A stretch of 64,000 nt of DNA from an uncultured virus (IMG/VR IMGVR_UViG_3300002242_000758) (taxonomy: Duplodnaviria > Heunggongvirae > Uroviricota > Caudoviricetes). The stretch spans positions 1-64,000 of IMG/VR virus record IMGVR_UViG_3300002242_000758; one strand, written 5' to 3'. The notes under the pieces were generated by a model. That model was not told where the DNA came from and made no database searches. It saw nothing but the letters and a program-made list of their open reading frames with translations. Position numbers and translations under genes: made by a program. Below, in pieces: positions 47,637 through 56,166 of this stretch; positions within the stretch are counted from its first letter, which is position 1; the number at the start of each line of letters is the position of its first letter.

Positions 47637-48404
47637 ATGAAGAATGCGTTTAGGATGAAGAAAGTGAGGCTGGTTTCGATAGACAACATACGGGGCCGTG
47701 AAAGATATGTTTTTAAAGGCCATAACCGGCTCACATATTATTTGGACAAAAGTGATGAGTGTAAAATATGTGGTCATCTAACACTGGGTGATGAGTTAAT
47801 AGCGTTAGTAGTGAAAGAAACAGATAGAATAGGTTTTCTCAAGACTAACATATGTGGAATTAATATAGGTAAAGTTATCAAAAAGGAGGAAAAAGATATA
47901 GTAGATGAATATTTAGAAGAGCGAATAGTAGAAAATATTAAAATAGAGCCTTTAGTATATAAAGGTAAAGAAATGGTGGAAGGTCGAGATATCTTAATAT
48001 TTAAAGGTAGAAAAGATAAACTTTATGTATCTATACAGGATTCTAAATGTAAAGTTTACAATAATCTTAAAAAAGAAGATGTTACATTGGGCTTAGTGCG
48101 AAGTGAAAATAAACTATTAGGTATAGTAGATCTATGCGTTAGAAATTTACCTATGATAAATTTCGTAGAAATATTTGCTAATATGGATGTAGATAGAAAT
48201 TTTAGCGAATATTCTAAACTAAGAAAAGGGATCAGGCTTAAAGATAGCGTAGAAAATTTACTTAACAAAATAGATTACAATATTGTCTATATTCCGAGAT
48301 ATAAATTAAGTAAAATGAAAAAGCCTAGATCTTTTCCAGTCTATATGGGCAAACAAGAATACAGAAATCTATTAGGTAATTTTTTAAATACAAATAATGA
48401 GTAA
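47637..48404 (+). CDS. hypothetical early protein with an internal domain duplication
   Basis: 255 aa; GGGAGG RBS; two GR...FKG...(E/K)CK...L repeats. Confidence 0.75.
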   Translation: MKNAFRMKKVRLVSIDNIRGRERYVFKGHNRLTYYLDKSDECKICGHLTLGDELIALVVKETDRIGFLKTNICGINIGKVIKKEEKDIVDEYLEERIVENIKIEPLVYKGKEMVEGRDILIFKGRKDKLYVSIQDSKCKVYNNLKKEDVTLGLVRSENKLLGIVDLCVRNLPMINFVEIFANMDVDRNFSEYSKLRKGIRLKDSVENLLNKIDYNIVYIPRYKLSKMKKPRSFPVYMGKQEYRNLLGNFLNTNNE

Positions 48405-48858
48405 GGAGAGTGTAATGAAAAAATATATATCAGATAAAGCAGTAGTAATGGGTAGCGTTATTTTTATGGTTATGAATAATTATCATTCTAAAATAGAGGA
48501 TAAAGAGGTAAAGAAGTTAAATGAAGAACTTATGTCAGAGATTAAAAATAAGTTAGCTGAAAGAAGAAGCGGAAATTCTAGCAGTTATAAAGAACTGTTA
48601 GAAAAATCTTTAGAGTATAGTAGAAACGTAAAGGATAACTTATTAATAGGGGATGTAACATTAGAACCTAAGTTATCCCCTGCTGATATGCTGAAGATAC
48701 TACATTTTAAATATGGTGATATTTATGAGGAATTAGAGTTGAATGAAAAGTATGCAACTCCTTATTGTCAAGCTCTAACTCCGTCTGGCATGACATTGAA
48801 CACTCTAGTTTTTGTGAATAGGCTATTGGCAGCTTTTGAAGAAACATGTCATGCTTAA
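48397..48858 (+). CDS. hypothetical protein
   Basis: 153 aa, overlaps both neighbours. Confidence 0.7.
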   Translation: MSKESVMKKYISDKAVVMGSVIFMVMNNYHSKIEDKEVKKLNEELMSEIKNKLAERRSGNSSSYKELLEKSLEYSRNVKDNLLIGDVTLEPKLSPADMLKILHFKYGDIYEELELNEKYATPYCQALTPSGMTLNTLVFVNRLLAAFEETCHA

Positions 48859-49672
48859 AATAAATCCCGAGGCTATTTCTAGCTTCGGATTTAATATAGC
48901 TTCTGGAATTATTCTAGAGAAGCTTATAGAAAATAAAGCAAAAAAGCTGCCAATTTTTTTTAATGCCAGAACCCTATTTAGAAACTACGTAGGCTGTTTG
49001 GATGGTAAAGCAGACGACAAAATATCAGCATTAAAAAATAGTCTTCGTATAAGAACTATTTTAAAAAATTTTATAGAAGATACAAAATTATTGATACATA
49101 GTTTTTTAGAAAATGGTTACGATATAAATTTTTATGAAATAGACTATAAACCATTTTTGAAAAAAGTTATGATTGATAGAGATCAATCTTCTATAAAAGG
49201 ACTGAGGGGTGCCATAAAATATAGGGAGAAAAATGCCCTTATCGAGATTTCTAAAAATTTCCCTGGCATCTATATAAAGAGTAAACCTAAATTAGAGCTA
49301 GAGAAAAAATGTTATATTGTAACACATATAGGTATAGAGCTACTTAATTTTATAGGGAATGAAGATGTGCTCTTAGCTGAATCACATACTGGAGAAATAA
49401 AGGACTATACGAGATGGTATAGTAAGTATGCTAAAATAGGCGCGAGGAGGATGGACATTTTTCCATTTAATGAATTTATCTATAACATTTTAGGAGATTA
49501 TGAATATGTAGAACCCTTAAACATTAAATTAAGAAAGCATATATATAATATAGCTATAGAGGAGGCTTGGACTAGTAGTATGTCGGAAAAGGCTGTTAAA
49601 AAATCATTAAAAAGAAAAGATCTTATTCTATTTAGAGAACTTGATAGTAACTACCATAAATATTTTAAATAA
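48851..49672 (+). CDS. conserved phiKZ-like protein (gp66-like; possible degenerate PIN/5'-nuclease fold)
   Basis: Start moved to ATG 48851; FNARTLFRN, IVTH..ELL, LAESHTGEIK..WYSK, FPFN....ILGD. Confidence 0.65.
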   Translation: MLKINPEAISSFGFNIASGIILEKLIENKAKKLPIFFNARTLFRNYVGCLDGKADDKISALKNSLRIRTILKNFIEDTKLLIHSFLENGYDINFYEIDYKPFLKKVMIDRDQSSIKGLRGAIKYREKNALIEISKNFPGIYIKSKPKLELEKKCYIVTHIGIELLNFIGNEDVLLAESHTGEIKDYTRWYSKYAKIGARRMDIFPFNEFIYNILGDYEYVEPLNIKLRKHIYNIAIEEAWTSSMSEKAVKKSLKRKDLILFRELDSNYHKYFK

Positions 49673-49686
49673 AAAAAGGAGGTAAT

Positions 49687-50250
49687 ATGGGACTATTCAT
49701 ATGTAAAACATGCGGATATATAGAAGACGACAGATATTGCGACGAGGGTATTGTTTATGTAGATGATAAAAAAATGGAGAGCGAATATCCATGCCTAACC
49801 TTAGACGAAATGAAAGAGGGCGATAAACCTAAGATGCTTTGTAGCCAATGCAATACTGGAACATGGCATGGGCATTTTGAAAAAAGAAAACCAGTTCCAG
49901 TAGAAGCCCTCGTGGCATTATTTTCAAGATGTGGATATATAACTCCAGAAGATCATATAGTTAAATTAATAGAAGATAAATCTATACCTGCTGGATATAA
50001 CATAGAGCCTATTTTATATACTATGATAAAGCAGGCTAAAGGTAAAATAGGCCAGCACCCACTATTTCCTATATATGTCAAACATAGAAAGTCATTCAAC
50101 CCTAAGGCGGTTGAAATGTTAAATGATGTTAAAGATTTGTTAAACCCTAGTGAAGAAGATGAAGGTAAAATTAGAGCAGCACAACTTACTGCCTATGGAT
50201 CAGATATAGAACTATTAGCTAAAAATCAAAAACAAGGTAAGCTGGATTAA
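49687..50250 (+). CDS. zinc-finger domain protein
   Basis: FICKTCG..LCSQC..GTWHGHF; AGGAGG RBS. Confidence 0.75.
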   Translation: MGLFICKTCGYIEDDRYCDEGIVYVDDKKMESEYPCLTLDEMKEGDKPKMLCSQCNTGTWHGHFEKRKPVPVEALVALFSRCGYITPEDHIVKLIEDKSIPAGYNIEPILYTMIKQAKGKIGQHPLFPIYVKHRKSFNPKAVEMLNDVKDLLNPSEEDEGKIRAAQLTAYGSDIELLAKNQKQGKLD

Positions 50251-50261
50251 TCCAGCTTACC
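50236..50261 (+). terminator. terminator with the stop codon at its apex
   Basis: GGTAAGCTGGATTAATCCAGCTTACC perfect palindrome. Confidence 0.75.
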
Positions 50262-50279
50262 TGAGATATTTTTTATTTA

Positions 50280-50306
50280 TATATTACTCATATGAGCCCA
50301 ATGGGT
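50280..50306 (+). promoter_or_regulatory. phage early-type promoter
   Basis: T tract + TATATTAC-TC-ATATGAGCCC-AAT-GGGT. Confidence 0.8.
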
Positions 50307-50330
50307 AAATTACTATATAAGGAGATAAAA

Positions 50331-51941
50331 ATGAAACAGGCATATACTTTTATAGATGAACCATATAGCGATGCTGAGGTAGTAGTTAGTAATACTATTG
50401 GAAAAGAAGTAGTATTTAATGTAGAAAGTATTTTAAATAGGAGATTAAGAGATTCTGTTAATCCTGACACTATTTTTACTATCTTAAACAGTTATATAGA
50501 ATATAAAGGTCCTAAGTTTAGAGATGAACTTTTTTCTAGGAATGAGAAGGGTAAAAATATTCTAATAGAGTATCTAACAGCCGATACTTATAATATCCCA
50601 TATAAAACAGTTCATAATATTTTGGACATGTTTGATATAAACGATGTCAAAAAATTTATAAAGGATAGAAAACTAGTAACGCCACCAACGACTTTACCCG
50701 ATCAGTATGATACAAATATAGATAAAAATGAAAGAGGTTCTAGAGAGCAAACATATTTAAAAGAGGACTATTATGACTTTATAGCGCTTATAACTATATT
50801 AAAATCAACATTAGGGATCGTAGGTGAATATGCGTTTATGAAAAGTACTGTTTTAAATAAAAATATTTATAAAGAGTTCATATTGTTAAACTTTTATAGA
50901 TCCCATCCTATATTTCAGACACCACCATTTGTTAAATTACTAGCCTCTATAAGTAAATTAGTAGAAAGGCTTTTCAAGGATAGTAAGAATACTGCCTTAC
51001 GTATTATAGAGCAGAATGTTTCTAAAGAAAACTTACCCCTACATGTTTTAGCATTAGTGGTAATACAAAAGTTACTATTTAACGATGAACTATCTGATAC
51101 CGATGTAAAAAATACAATAACTAAAGTGTATAGTTTTGCATCAGATAAACTTAAACTTAAAAATAATATGGGTGGTAAGTTTAAAATAAGAGATATGGTA
51201 GAACAGGATTCTGATTCTGATTCTGAATCAGTTCTAGAAAAATATAGGAAAAATTCTGATGTAACGCCTGGATATATAGAAGAATATAAAGTGGCTACAG
51301 AAAATGTTTTTAGATTAGCTCGATATCTAAACCTGCATTTTGATGACGCAGTAATAGAAAAAATATGGAGAAGTCTTAACGTTCTGAATGAAAAATTTCC
51401 AATCCATGAGTGTATTTTATTAGCAAGTTGGTCTCTTAAAGGTATTGCAGATATGAGGTGTTTAGATTATCTGCGTATAGAGCATATAATAAATATTTTA
51501 ACAGTAGGCGTGCTATGGGCTTTAGAAAATGATCATAAACAGGCAGCTCTTATTATGTCTAGCTACGCGCTTACTGATACTGGGCATAGAGTAAAACTAT
51601 CTTTAAGAAATAAAATTAGGCCAGAGTTAAAAGAAAAATTAAAAGAGCTCTTCCCATATGAAAAGACAGCCGTTATAAACGGTAAAGTCTCTACAATAAA
51701 CTATGTAGAGGAGACTATAAATGATATAAGTAAAAAACTTATGGATGGATCGTTAGTGTCTACCCTACCTGAGGATATTATAGAAGAAATAACCGGAACA
51801 TCTTTACGTAGTATAATAGTTCCAGAAAATATCCGTAATATATTAGCCGAATATATTATTGGAATAGAAACTAATTATAAGCTTAGGCTTAAAGAACGAG
51901 AACAGTTTTTAAAGCAGTATAATTTAGATGGGACTTTATAG
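50331..51941 (+). CDS. non-virion RNAP promoter-specificity (sigma-like) subunit (phiKZ gp68-like)
   Basis: Start moved to ATG 50331 (AAGGAG RBS), 536 aa; REQTYLKEDY, SVLEKYR, L.ELFPY; synteny. Confidence 0.75.
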   Translation: MKQAYTFIDEPYSDAEVVVSNTIGKEVVFNVESILNRRLRDSVNPDTIFTILNSYIEYKGPKFRDELFSRNEKGKNILIEYLTADTYNIPYKTVHNILDMFDINDVKKFIKDRKLVTPPTTLPDQYDTNIDKNERGSREQTYLKEDYYDFIALITILKSTLGIVGEYAFMKSTVLNKNIYKEFILLNFYRSHPIFQTPPFVKLLASISKLVERLFKDSKNTALRIIEQNVSKENLPLHVLALVVIQKLLFNDELSDTDVKNTITKVYSFASDKLKLKNNMGGKFKIRDMVEQDSDSDSESVLEKYRKNSDVTPGYIEEYKVATENVFRLARYLNLHFDDAVIEKIWRSLNVLNEKFPIHECILLASWSLKGIADMRCLDYLRIEHIINILTVGVLWALENDHKQAALIMSSYALTDTGHRVKLSLRNKIRPELKEKLKELFPYEKTAVINGKVSTINYVEETINDISKKLMDGSLVSTLPEDIIEEITGTSLRSIIVPENIRNILAEYIIGIETNYKLRLKEREQFLKQYNLDGTL

Positions 51942-51975
51942 TCCTATCTAGTATAGATCATTTAATTTTTAACAA

Positions 51976-52002
51976 TATATTACTAATATGAGCCTAAGGC
52001 TT
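51976..52002 (+). promoter_or_regulatory. phage early-type promoter
   Basis: T tract + TATATTAC-TA-ATATGAGCC-TAA-GGCTT. Confidence 0.85.
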
Positions 52003-52024
52003 AAATCTTTTAAAAGGAGAAGAC

Positions 52025-53566
52025 ATGAATAGTAGCGAAAATTTCAGTCAAGGATTAGGTGGCTATGACGAGGCTAATTACTTTCAAAACTATGAGAGGC
52101 CAACTATAACTCTTAAGAAGCTTACTCTTATAGAGAGTAGATCATATAGGCCGCAATGGGTACGGCCATATGAAATGGAGGTTGGTTATTATGATTTAGA
52201 AAATATAAAACATACTGTGGAAAGATCAGTTAAGACTAGGTCTATAAACAACTTGGAATTAGAATTACAGAAAAATTCTCCTAATATATTAACTCCTAGT
52301 AGTAGAGTTACAGGAGAAGCAAAGATTGCCAATGGCTGGGGCGAAAAAAGGTTTAAGTTTATCATGGTACTAGAAATGACATATCCTTCTACTAACGTAA
52401 CTCTGATAAACTATGTACAGGGATATAGCGAATTTCTGGGTATGACGCATTCTGGTATAATTGATCCTAATATGAAACTGTTTATAAATTCAGTTTCAGT
52501 TTTAAGAAAAACTTTTGACTCCCAGACAGGAAAATTCACTATTATCCCTCTACATAAATATAATGTAGTCCAGAATGATTTAAGTAATCTGGACTATGTA
52601 GAGGGTAATTTTATGCCAGATGTTAGAAATTTTAATGATACATTAAAATTATCTAGGCCGGAAGATATTCTAGCCAATATGACTACACTCAGAACAGTAG
52701 AATCTGGGACTACTGTTATTTCTGACGTAGGTAATGTAAATCAGTTAAATATTGTAGAAAGTAAACATCTGATTCCTACCCAGCATGTATCTTCTACAGT
52801 ATCCACAGCAGTAGATACTGTATTAGCCGGGTCTGTTTATGATGATAATGCGGATCTTTTAAGTGCTATGTTAGGTTTTAGTCTAACTATAGGGCCAGAA
52901 CAGATTTTAGTATTTAAACTAATATTAGATGCTACTGGAATGCTAAGGTCCTATTTCACTCTAAACGAATTAACTAGAATGCTGGGTGTAGCGGACGTTA
53001 ATTATGATGTGATATTATCTAAAGAGATTGGAAGTATGCATATAAACAATAATGTCCCTACTATCCTTCAAACCGAGAGTACCGAAGATACATATGGGGC
53101 AGAGATTGAGACAAGAAAGTCTATTCTTATTCATGAGGCAATAGTTAATACACTTAATAATTCATTATTGTCTCAGATTGTTTTTGAGATAGATAACTTG
53201 TCTATTGAGCCTAATTATGCGATCCTATCCGCGGCATCTGAGATAGAGGGACTAGATCTAGTATATCATGCTAATAAATTCATTAGTATGTTTATAACAA
53301 AAGCTTGGACTAGTATAACTGAGAATAATGCGATACCTATAAAACTACTAGTATCTGCTAATATTATTTCAGATACCACTATCTCCATATCTATAGGAAG
53401 TAACCCTGAGGTAGTCTATAGGTATCCGACGTTCGCTGATAGTAAATATCTGCCACTTATCGTAGATAATAGTGGGTTAACTCAACTCACAGAGGCATAC
53501 GAGGCTGTAGTTGATACTGCGTTAAACACAAGTAGAGCAGTATCGCATAATCTTTCAACACTATAA
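52025..53566 (+). CDS. picA: phage-nucleus protein import factor PicA/Imp1 homolog (phiKZ gp69-like)
   Basis: 513 aa immediately after the gp68-like gene; RPYE, IANGWGEKRFKF, GIIDPNM..FINS, RPED, YPTFADS. Confidence 0.7.
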   Translation: MNSSENFSQGLGGYDEANYFQNYERPTITLKKLTLIESRSYRPQWVRPYEMEVGYYDLENIKHTVERSVKTRSINNLELELQKNSPNILTPSSRVTGEAKIANGWGEKRFKFIMVLEMTYPSTNVTLINYVQGYSEFLGMTHSGIIDPNMKLFINSVSVLRKTFDSQTGKFTIIPLHKYNVVQNDLSNLDYVEGNFMPDVRNFNDTLKLSRPEDILANMTTLRTVESGTTVISDVGNVNQLNIVESKHLIPTQHVSSTVSTAVDTVLAGSVYDDNADLLSAMLGFSLTIGPEQILVFKLILDATGMLRSYFTLNELTRMLGVADVNYDVILSKEIGSMHINNNVPTILQTESTEDTYGAEIETRKSILIHEAIVNTLNNSLLSQIVFEIDNLSIEPNYAILSAASEIEGLDLVYHANKFISMFITKAWTSITENNAIPIKLLVSANIISDTTISISIGSNPEVVYRYPTFADSKYLPLIVDNSGLTQLTEAYEAVVDTALNTSRAVSHNLSTL

Positions 53567-53584
53567 TTTTATAAGGAGTTAAAA

Positions 53585-55039
53585 ATGGATGGCAAAGTAG
53601 TTGAAATAGAAAAATTTTATGATGGGATTATGGGGACCCTCGATATTGAAGTTTCTAGTAATGGAGTACTAATGGTTAATATTAATGGAGTTAGTACTCC
53701 ATTGTTATTAGATGGCCTACCAGTAGTCCTCCCTACAAGAGAGAATATAAAAACTGTTGTAGAGTTGAAAAATGGTAAACCAGAACCGGTTAAATATCTG
53801 TTCAACCCTTTAGACGAATCTGCTATTAAGGGTGAGAATAAATCTTTCAATCTCCTAAAGACTATAATAGAGAGAAAGTTTTTAGGTAATATTGCTGGAA
53901 TAGGTATAATCCTTTTTAGTGTACTATCCAATGCTAAAGCTGAAAATAACAATATGGTCCTAAATAAGTTATTGAGTAAAATTAACAAATATAGGACTCC
54001 AGCAGTTAAACAGATGATAGATAAGAAGACAGTAGAGGCTTGGATAGAACTTTATGATAAGATAGCGCAAGAGAATAGTCCTTATCCTTATATTAAACTG
54101 TATATAAAAAGAGGTGGGAAGATAGATAACATTAAGTATAATAGAGTAGGTGTTATTACCTTCCCATTTTTAGAATCTCTAGTGAAGTTTACTACTAAGG
54201 ATAAGAAATTTTTAGATATTACTCTTAGGAATAAAGATAAAAATGTATTTTTAAGTCTATTCGAATTTTTGTTTGAAGAGGAAGGAGGTCCTAAAAATCT
54301 AGACGATCTTATTAAGGGTATCCAATTTGGGAGCCTTAATAAAGTGGCGCCTAGCACTCATCTTCTCTTCCTCATGTATGATTATATTTATAAGCATCTA
54401 AAAGATGCGGTTGAGGCATGTAATGAAATTTTGGAATCCATGGATGGAATAGAAATTGATGAAGAGGTAAGGAATATGCTTAGTCTAAAACCATTACCTT
54501 TTGATGTAGCAGTTATTTCAGATATTATAGATTCTCTCAAAGGGGATATAAAACAGATACCTAATATGGATGATACCTCAGCATTACATAAAGGGCAGCA
54601 TGGGGTCGCTAATAAAGAGATAGCTAGCCCTATGGCAGGTATAAAAAATAATCAAATGGCCAGTGCCCAACAGCCGGCCAGCGCATATCAGCGCTCTAAT
54701 ACTGAAGCCGAACCTAGTAACCCATGGGATAGATTGGCTAAAAAAATGGGAATTAATTCACAGCCAACCACTCCCACGGCCCCTATGGTAACTCCTACTG
54801 TTCCAAATCAGCCATATCCAACTAATATAGCTCCAGGGATAATGCCGCAGCAGCCTTATAGCCCTCCTATGCAGGCACCTGCAGTTCCTTCTATGGGAGC
54901 CCCAACTATGCCTCCTCCCCCACCACCATCTATGAATATGGGAGGTCCTGTTGTGAGGTCAGTTAATCCAGTAGGAGCGTCAATGGGCGCACCAACACCA
55001 TATCCTAATGTTGGTAATGACCCATGGCGTCGTTACTAA
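53585..55039 (+). CDS. conserved protein with Pro-rich tail (phiKZ gp70-like)
   Basis: 484 aa; PVVLPT, FNPL.E, YIKRGG...Y.RV..I.FP; P/M/G/A-rich C-terminus. Confidence 0.7.
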   Translation: MDGKVVEIEKFYDGIMGTLDIEVSSNGVLMVNINGVSTPLLLDGLPVVLPTRENIKTVVELKNGKPEPVKYLFNPLDESAIKGENKSFNLLKTIIERKFLGNIAGIGIILFSVLSNAKAENNNMVLNKLLSKINKYRTPAVKQMIDKKTVEAWIELYDKIAQENSPYPYIKLYIKRGGKIDNIKYNRVGVITFPFLESLVKFTTKDKKFLDITLRNKDKNVFLSLFEFLFEEEGGPKNLDDLIKGIQFGSLNKVAPSTHLLFLMYDYIYKHLKDAVEACNEILESMDGIEIDEEVRNMLSLKPLPFDVAVISDIIDSLKGDIKQIPNMDDTSALHKGQHGVANKEIASPMAGIKNNQMASAQQPASAYQRSNTEAEPSNPWDRLAKKMGINSQPTTPTAPMVTPTVPNQPYPTNIAPGIMPQQPYSPPMQAPAVPSMGAPTMPPPPPPSMNMGGPVVRSVNPVGASMGAPTPYPNVGNDPWRRY

Positions 55040-55115
55040 AATAGTAAGAAAAAAATATTGGTGGCCCTTTGGGGCCAGCATATATATTTTATTTTTTATA
55101 AAAAAAGGAAGAAAA

Positions 55116-55466
55116 ATGCCTAGCCTAATAGAATTAATGGATGATGACAGCATGGGGCTTAATAGCAAAACTATTCACGATATAATCACTATGGCGTCTA
55201 CAGATATAGTAAAGAATAATTTACAGATAGTTACTATAGATCCTGTAGACGCGATCCGTTATAAAGGTAATATGTTTGGACTTCTTAAAAATGTTTTAAA
55301 TATTCCAAATTCGGCACTCTATATTAATATGGTAGTTAATGGCTACCAATCATCATTGGAGTATGATGGAAAATTAAGATTAAAAATTTTAAATGCAGAT
55401 ACGGCGCAGTATATTGTAAATTTACTTCAAGAATATAAAACCATGGAAAAAGGTATGGGATTATAA
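55116..55466 (+). CDS. small conserved protein
   Basis: Start moved to ATG 55116 (AAAGGA RBS), 116 aa; A.RYKGN.FGLL..NIP....I.M.VNG. Confidence 0.65.
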   Translation: MPSLIELMDDDSMGLNSKTIHDIITMASTDIVKNNLQIVTIDPVDAIRYKGNMFGLLKNVLNIPNSALYINMVVNGYQSSLEYDGKLRLKILNADTAQYIVNLLQEYKTMEKGMGL

Positions 55467-55477
55467 TCCCATACCTT
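55449..55477. terminator. bidirectional terminator with the stop codon at its apex
   Basis: AAGGTATGGGATTATAATCCCATACCTT perfect palindrome. Confidence 0.75.
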
Positions 55478-56038
55478 CTATTTATGATAAGTATTTTCAT
55501 GTTTGTCTATAGACTTTTCTAACCTTTCTAAGTCTTTCTTTAAATAGTCTATTTCATGTCTATCTATAGCTTCAATCTCTGTTTTTATAGATGTTATATT
55601 GCTCTCATTGGCATTTATTAAATCTTTTAAAACAGTTATCTTTTCGTTTATGATATCTAATTTTTTTATAACTATCTCGTTTATCTTATCTATTTTTCCA
55701 GTATAATCTTTAACTATTTCTTCTCGTAAGTCGTTCATTAATTTATTAATATTATTAATTTCTTTAAGTAGATCATTTTCTAGTTTATGATGCCCATCGA
55801 CCATTGTTTGCTTTTCGTTAGCTATGTAGTCTATATGTGTGTCTTTTATAGTTTCTATTTCTTCATAAATTTTATCTTTTATTTTTTTAATATCGTTATC
55901 TATCTGTTCTATAAGTTTAGAATTATTTTTAATAAAAATATAATGCGAATTTAAGTTATTCTTAATTTTATAAAATGCTCCTAATACTAATGTTAAAGTA
56001 GATACTAAATTAAATAATGTTTCTATATCTATTTTCAT
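55478..56038 (-). CDS. N-terminally membrane-anchored coiled-coil protein
   Basis: Start moved to ATG 56038 (AAGGAG RBS), 186 aa; one hydrophobic segment followed by heptad repeats. Confidence 0.7.
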   Translation of the reverse strand: MKIDIETLFNLVSTLTLVLGAFYKIKNNLNSHYIFIKNNSKLIEQIDNDIKKIKDKIYEEIETIKDTHIDYIANEKQTMVDGHHKLENDLLKEINNINKLMNDLREEIVKDYTGKIDKINEIVIKKLDIINEKITVLKDLINANESNITSIKTEIEAIDRHEIDYLKKDLERLEKSIDKHENTYHK

Positions 56039-56115
56039 AATTTCTCCTTTTTTTCTCACTAAATAAAACTTAAAATAATAGAATAAGAACTTTAGTAACA
56101 ATATTTTTTTACATA

Positions 56116-56143
56116 TATATCACTTATATGAGCTTAAGTGCTT
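56116..56143 (+). promoter_or_regulatory. phage early-type promoter
   Basis: T tract + TATATCAC-TT-ATATGAGC-TTAAGT-GCTT. Confidence 0.8.
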
Positions 56144-56166
56144 GAATAAAAATTAAAGGAGGCAAA

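Noticed and set aside
51203..51230. GATTCT x3 microsatellite in the gp68-like gene
   Set aside because: It encodes an in-frame DSDSDS acidic linker; nothing suggests phase variation.
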